A stretch of 24,000 nt of DNA, taken from NCBI RefSeq assembly GCF_054902955.1, contig NZ_CM142794.1. One strand, 5' to 3'. A program made the position numbers and the translations under genes. Each line of letters opens with the position of its first letter. The first letter of the stretch is position 1. Shown piece by piece: positions 20,013 to 24,000 of this stretch. The notes below the pieces were generated by a model. That model was not told the origin of the DNA and searched no databases. It saw only the letters and a list, made by a program, of their open reading frames with translations.

Positions 20013-20600
20013 TCATCGTATATAACTGAATGCGGTGATGACGTGTTTCACCCCCGCCACGCGACTGGCGATATCAGCAGCAGCCTGTCCTTCCTTCTCT
20101 GTAACTCTCCCCATAAGAAAGACTTCACCATTCTCCGTCAGTACCTTTACATCTGACAGTTTCACCCTGCTGCTCTTCAGTAACTGTGCCCGGATTTTTG
20201 TGGTCAGCCACGCATCAGTAGCTGTTTTATCAGCCCGAAGTGGTTTTCCCGTCCTTATTTCATTCCATACCTGCACAGTCCCCTCAACACCATCTGCAAT
20301 CTGACGGGCTTTTTCACCTGCACTACGGTCTGGTGCCTGCCCTGTCAGCAGTACAGTGCCCTGGTATGCTGTGACGATGATTCGCGCATCCCCCCTGAGT
20401 TGTGAGTCCTTCGACAGCGCACGGCTGACCCTTGCTTCCAGAATTTCATCATCAATCTGCGTTCCCGCACTTCGGGGGTCCACTGACACTTTAGTACCCA
20501 CAGCAGCCGTACCGACCAGCGCAGCGGCAACACAACCCTGTAACAGCAACAGAGTCGAAAGAAAAGGCAGAAACCAGCGTTGCATGGCAGAATCCTCCAC
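20013..20600 (-). CDS. DolP/YraP-like BON-domain lipoprotein (island paralog)
   Basis: 195 aa; lipobox LLLLQGC, VAAALVGTAAVGTKVSVDPRSAGTQIDDEILEARVSRALSKD, ARIIVTAYQGTVLLTGQAP, NVK/VKVLTENGEVFLMGRVTEKEGQAAADIASRVAGVKHV. The start may be the second Met. Confidence 0.88.
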   Translation of the reverse strand: MEDSAMQRWFLPFLSTLLLLQGCVAAALVGTAAVGTKVSVDPRSAGTQIDDEILEARVSRALSKDSQLRGDARIIVTAYQGTVLLTGQAPDRSAGEKARQIADGVEGTVQVWNEIRTGKPLRADKTATDAWLTTKIRAQLLKSSRVKLSDVKVLTENGEVFLMGRVTEKEGQAAADIASRVAGVKHVITAFSYIR

Positions 20601-20908
20601 GGTCTGATATCCGGAATTTCGCAGTATGACGGCAGGAATCAGCCATCACAGATACCACAAGCTTCAGAGAGTAACGAAAACGTTAAAGGAAACGGAAGTG
20701 CCTGAATGTAAAGAACGGGGAACCACACAGGGTATGGACAAACATAATAACAATAACAGGATGAAAATATTGAATAAAAAATAAAAACCGAGACATCATC
20801 ATTTGCAGTAATAGCCACCTCCTTACCGAAAAGTGTGAGTTGCCGGACATTTTTTAAACGCATGATAAGGTCTGATGATACAGTCACCCTGCAACCAGGA
20901 GGTACATC

Positions 20909-21202
20909 ATGCGTATACGTGTTTTTGGTTACCGGCACTGCCCTTCAGTCCATCGCATCATGCATCACGCAACGCGAATCCCCGATGAAATGGAACCGGA
21001 TGTTGTGTTTATTGATGTCGCGAAGCACAGTGTGACGCTGCGGGATATGGCTGACCGTGCAGGCTGCCCGGTGGATAACTTCCCGTGTGTGTTTGTTGAT
21101 GATGTCTATCTGGAGCCCCTCCACCAGAACCGGGCAAACCGCACTTTACATACTGCTGAATATTTATTACCGGATATGGACAATCGCTTTCATTCGGGAT
21201 AA
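20909..21202 (+). CDS. small glutaredoxin/thioredoxin-fold-like protein
   Basis: 97 aa; perfect AGGAGG ahead of the ATG; IRVFGYRHCPSV (beta1 plus CP motif) and a FPCVFVDDVYL segment resembling the cis-Pro/beta3 region of glutaredoxins. Confidence 0.6.
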   Translation: MRIRVFGYRHCPSVHRIMHHATRIPDEMEPDVVFIDVAKHSVTLRDMADRAGCPVDNFPCVFVDDVYLEPLHQNRANRTLHTAEYLLPDMDNRFHSG

Positions 21203-21326
21203 AAAATACTGCGCGTTCCTGGTTTATTTTGCGTTGCTGTCATGACGTGTTTGCCTTCATTGCCGGGATCGCGCACTTTTTGTTATAACTCCCCGGAGGA
21301 CACTGTCTGTAATCAGATGGAAACCT

Positions 21327-21761
21327 TTATCTCAGTGATGTCCTGGTTAATACAGAATACTGCCCCGGACCAAGTAACATAATGGCAATCCCCCCCATGA
21401 AATACAGCATTTCATTTTCAAGCCCCCACGCCCCTACTTCAGTCAGTGTGAAAAACTTCCCTGTTCCGACCAGAAGCGTGGCAACAATCAGTGTCAGCGC
21501 ATAAATCAGAGCAGCAGGTCTGGTAAATATCCCAAGAATGATAAGTACCGGAGCCACGATTTCACCAATATACACACCATAGGCAATAAATCCTGGCAAA
21601 CCAGCATCCTGCAACATTGATATAATCCAGTTGACACCGTGCTCTATTTTGGCCACACCATGGAACAGCATCAATATACCAAATGTCAGTCTCAGCAACA
21701 GAAGACCTGTATCCGGGTAGTCTGTCAGTCTGGTAAAGAACATATTTATTCTTGCTGGCAT
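21327..21761 (-). CDS. DoxX-family membrane protein
   Basis: 144 aa; GLLLLRLTFGILMLFHGVAKIEHG...GFIAYGVYIGEIVAPVLIILGIFTRPAALIYALT...ENEMLYFMGGIAIMLLGPGQYS, the typical four-helix DoxX pattern. Confidence 0.85.
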   Translation of the reverse strand: MPARINMFFTRLTDYPDTGLLLLRLTFGILMLFHGVAKIEHGVNWIISMLQDAGLPGFIAYGVYIGEIVAPVLIILGIFTRPAALIYALTLIVATLLVGTGKFFTLTEVGAWGLENEMLYFMGGIAIMLLGPGQYSVLTRTSLR

Positions 21762-22158
21762 AAAAAACCTCGTTAAACGATAACAGATAATGAAGAAACT
21801 ATTATCGTTGAGTCGACACCATCAATTGACCAGATATTTCTGACATTCATAATCAAAAAATTTGACAAAACTGTAAACGTTCGCTTTTTATACCAACACA
21901 GAATCCACTCAGTCACACAACCTGTATGCGTCATTTCCTGCTGTTATTTAAAAAATTTCTCACGTAACAGACATTTCAAAAAAACACTAAAAAATACCAG
22001 AACAATTAAGATAATATTACGATCAAATAAGTAAAAGTCTTTTGTCTGTTATTTTTATTTTCTGTGATTACTGTCATTCTTTCACCACTTTAATTAACAT
22101 CGCATAATAATCCGGGAGGTGGATAAGATATGAAAATTAACTATCCTTTACTGGCGCT

Positions 22159-22356
22159 GGCGTTGAATTATTACCTGTAGAGCTCACTCCGGATGAGCAG
22201 AAAGAACCGATGGTGGCTCTTACTCCACTTTTATCCACTCCTTCACACAGCACTGTCAGTGCAGGTGCCTGAAAGATCTCGTTCCGTCACGGTAAAATGA
22301 CGCTGGAAAATTCTTCACCAGAACTGCTCACTGTGTTAATTCGTGAACTGACCTGG
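22159..22356 (+). pseudogene. IS66-family TnpA (small accessory ORF) C-terminal remnant
   Basis: Frame reads GVELLPVELTPDEQKEP...*KISFRHGKMTLENSSPELLTVLIREL, the typical IS66 TnpA C-terminus, with an in-frame stop. Confidence 0.65.
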
Positions 22357-22521
22357 GGGGAATGCGTGGTACCCTGCTGTACGGACTAATCGGAACCTGT
22401 CGGTTGAACGGTATCGATCCGGAAGCGTATCTGCGCCATATCCTGAACGTTCTACCGGAATGGCCTTCCTGCATGGTTGATGAACTCCTGCCATGGAATA
22501 TGGTGCTCCCATTGGGGTAAG
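22357..22521 (+). pseudogene. IS66-family TnpC transposase C-terminal remnant
   Basis: Frame reads GMRGTLLYGLIGTCRLNGIDPEAYLRHILNVLPEWPSCMVDELLPWNMVLPLG*, matching the conserved IS66 transposase C-terminus. Confidence 0.82.
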
Positions 22522-22643
22522 CGTCAATACGGCGTTCGCTTAACTTAACACTTACTTTCAAAGCCTGATATCTGTCCTACGCTTTTCCTCAATACCACAT
22601 CGCCAGCAGGAAACAACCTAATGCCTGTGTTGGGGTCTGAATT

Positions 22644-22662
22644 ACTAATGATAATCATTTGC
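22644..22662. promoter_or_regulatory. Fur-box-like sequence upstream of sitA
   Basis: ACTAATGATAATCATTTGC matches 15/19 of the consensus GATAATGATAATCATTATC. Confidence 0.7.
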
Positions 22663-22686
22663 ATTGTGTATAGCTTATGCTATAAA
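22659..22686 (+). promoter_or_regulatory. candidate sigma70 promoter of sitA
   Basis: TTGCAT (22659-22664), 16-nt spacer, TATAAA (22681-22686), placed between and overlapping the Fur-like and MntR-like sites. Confidence 0.6.
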
Positions 22687-22706
22687 ACATAGCCGTTGCT
22701 ATGTTT
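22685..22706. promoter_or_regulatory. MntR-box-like palindrome upstream of sitA
   Basis: AAACATAGC-CGTT-GCTATGTTT, perfect 9-bp arms, matching the established enterobacterial MntR box form. Confidence 0.85.
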
Positions 22707-22738
22707 GTTCTAATTTTACTCACTATAGGTACTGAATT

Positions 22739-23653
22739 ATGCACTCAATAAAAAAAGTAACCATGCTCCTGGGGTGCCTCGCCCTCACCTGCTCGATAGC
22801 ATTTCAGGCGAGTGCAACTGAAAAATTCAAGGTCATTACAACATTTACCATCATCGCAGATATGGCCAAAAACGTGGCTGGAGATGCTGCAGAAGTCTCA
22901 TCCATAACCAGGCCCGGTGCAGAAATTCATGAGTATCAGCCTACCCCTGGCGATATTAAACGTGCGCAGGGGGCACAACTGATTCTCGCCAACGGTATGA
23001 ATCTGGAATTGTGGTTCCAGCGCTTTTACCAGCATCTCAGTGGGGTTCCAGAAGTGATTGTCTCTTCGGGTGTGACGCCAGTAGGGATCACCGAAGGCCC
23101 CTACGAGGGAAAACCTAACCCTCATGCCTGGATGTCGCCAGATAATGCTTTGATTTACGTCGATAATATTCGTGATGCGTTGATAAAATACGATCCGGCA
23201 AATGCAAAAACATACCAACGTAATGCCGATACTTATAAAGCCAAGATTACCCAAACCCTTGCCCCCCTGCGTAAGCAGATTGCTGAACTCCCTGAGAATA
23301 AAAGATGGATGGTCACCAGTGAAGGGGCTTTTTCTTATCTCGCACGCGATTTGGGGCTAAAAGAGCTTTATCTGTGGCCGATAAATGCCGATCAACAAGG
23401 AACACCCCAGCAGGTACGTAAAGTGGTTGATATAGTGAAGAAAAATAATATCCCAGCGGTATTTAGTGAGAGTACGGTTTCCGATAAACCAGCGCGTCAG
23501 GTTGCGCGTGAAACCGGCGCACACTACGGCGGTGTGCTCTATGTCGATTCCCTGAGCACAGAAAACGGCCCGGTACCTACGTATATCGACCTTCTGAAGG
23601 TTACTACCAGTACGCTGGTGCAGGGAATTAAAGCCGGGAAAAGGGAGAAGTAA
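22739..23653 (+). CDS. sitA: Mn/Fe ABC transporter periplasmic binding protein SitA
   Basis: 304 aa; signal peptide, FKVITTFTIIADMAKNVAGDAAEV, GAEIHEYQPTPGDIKRAQGA, NPHAWMSP; cluster A-I metal-binding protein signature. Confidence 0.94.
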   Translation: MHSIKKVTMLLGCLALTCSIAFQASATEKFKVITTFTIIADMAKNVAGDAAEVSSITRPGAEIHEYQPTPGDIKRAQGAQLILANGMNLELWFQRFYQHLSGVPEVIVSSGVTPVGITEGPYEGKPNPHAWMSPDNALIYVDNIRDALIKYDPANAKTYQRNADTYKAKITQTLAPLRKQIAELPENKRWMVTSEGAFSYLARDLGLKELYLWPINADQQGTPQQVRKVVDIVKKNNIPAVFSESTVSDKPARQVARETGAHYGGVLYVDSLSTENGPVPTYIDLLKVTTSTLVQGIKAGKREK

Positions 23654-23787
23654 TGATGCAATCTGCGGGTATTGTCGTTAATGGCGTTACTGTCACCTAG
23701 CGAAACGGGCAGAAAGCACTGCGCGATGCATCCTTCACAGTACCAGGCGGATCTATTGCCGCTCTGCTTGGGGTAAACGGTTCCGGT
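23653..23787 (+). pseudogene. sitB: sitB (ABC ATPase) 5' remnant, nonsense-mutated and truncated
   Basis: Starts on the sitA stop (TAATG): MMQSAGIVVNGVTVT*RNGQKALRDASFTVPGGSIAALLGVNGSG. TAG at 23698-23700, and the Walker A motif is interrupted after GVNGSG (GGTGAA instead of GGTAAA). Confidence 0.85.
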
Positions 23788-24000
23788 GAAATCGTCTTGA
23801 CACGTTTCTGGGCTCGTCATCAGCGGTTGTTGCGAATGATCGCCGCCCTGCGATGGTTGATTTATTTTATTGCGCCCCGGCGTCTGCCTTGCCAGGTACC
23901 GGAGGCGGGCTCTGAAGGACTGAGTAGGGTGAGCGCGTCAGGCCGCGAAGTACTGACACGGGAGTTTGTGGCAGGCAGTGAAGTCCTGACCAGGGTAAGG

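Noticed and set aside
20639-20938. 99-aa minus-strand ORF between the DolP-like and Grx-like genes
   Set aside because: No recognisable domain, and it overlaps the start of the better-supported 20909-21202 ORF; kept only as a weak possibility.
23539-23820. 93-aa minus-strand ORF at the sitA/sitB junction
   Set aside because: Antisense to the sitA 3' end and the sitB remnant; the sitB homology on the plus strand explains the sequence.
13293-24000. CRISPR array, retron or tRNA gene in the accessory region
   Set aside because: No regularly spaced repeats, no reverse-transcriptase motifs and no recognisable tRNA cloverleaf were seen by eye.

Overview
This window looks like an Escherichia/Shigella-type chromosome with two parts. 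Part 1 (about 1-13070) is ordinary backbone, all on the + strand: aroB (3' end), damX, dam, rpe, gph, trpS, then the poorly characterised yhfZ-yhfY-yhfX-yhfW-php(yhfV)-yhfU-yhfT-yhfS operon. Part 2 (about 13100-24000) is an accessory island. It starts with a P4-like (DUF4102-type) tyrosine recombinase and carries a TPR-like protein, remnants of ISAs1-, IS630- and IS66-family elements, and a minus-strand three-gene cassette (small protein, zinc ribbon, EcsC-like). It also carries a Tia/Hek/Hra-like outer membrane protein, island copies resembling YebF and DolP/YraP, a glutaredoxin-like small protein, a DoxX-family protein, and sitA with a well-formed MntR palindrome and Fur-like box, followed by a broken sitB. 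No tRNA, rRNA or CRISPR array was seen. The best candidates for something under-described are the three-gene EcsC/zinc-ribbon cassette, the 3xGATC palindromic region upstream of the Tia/Hek-like gene, and the island set of envelope/secreted-protein paralogs. All family assignments are from memory of sequences; no search was run.
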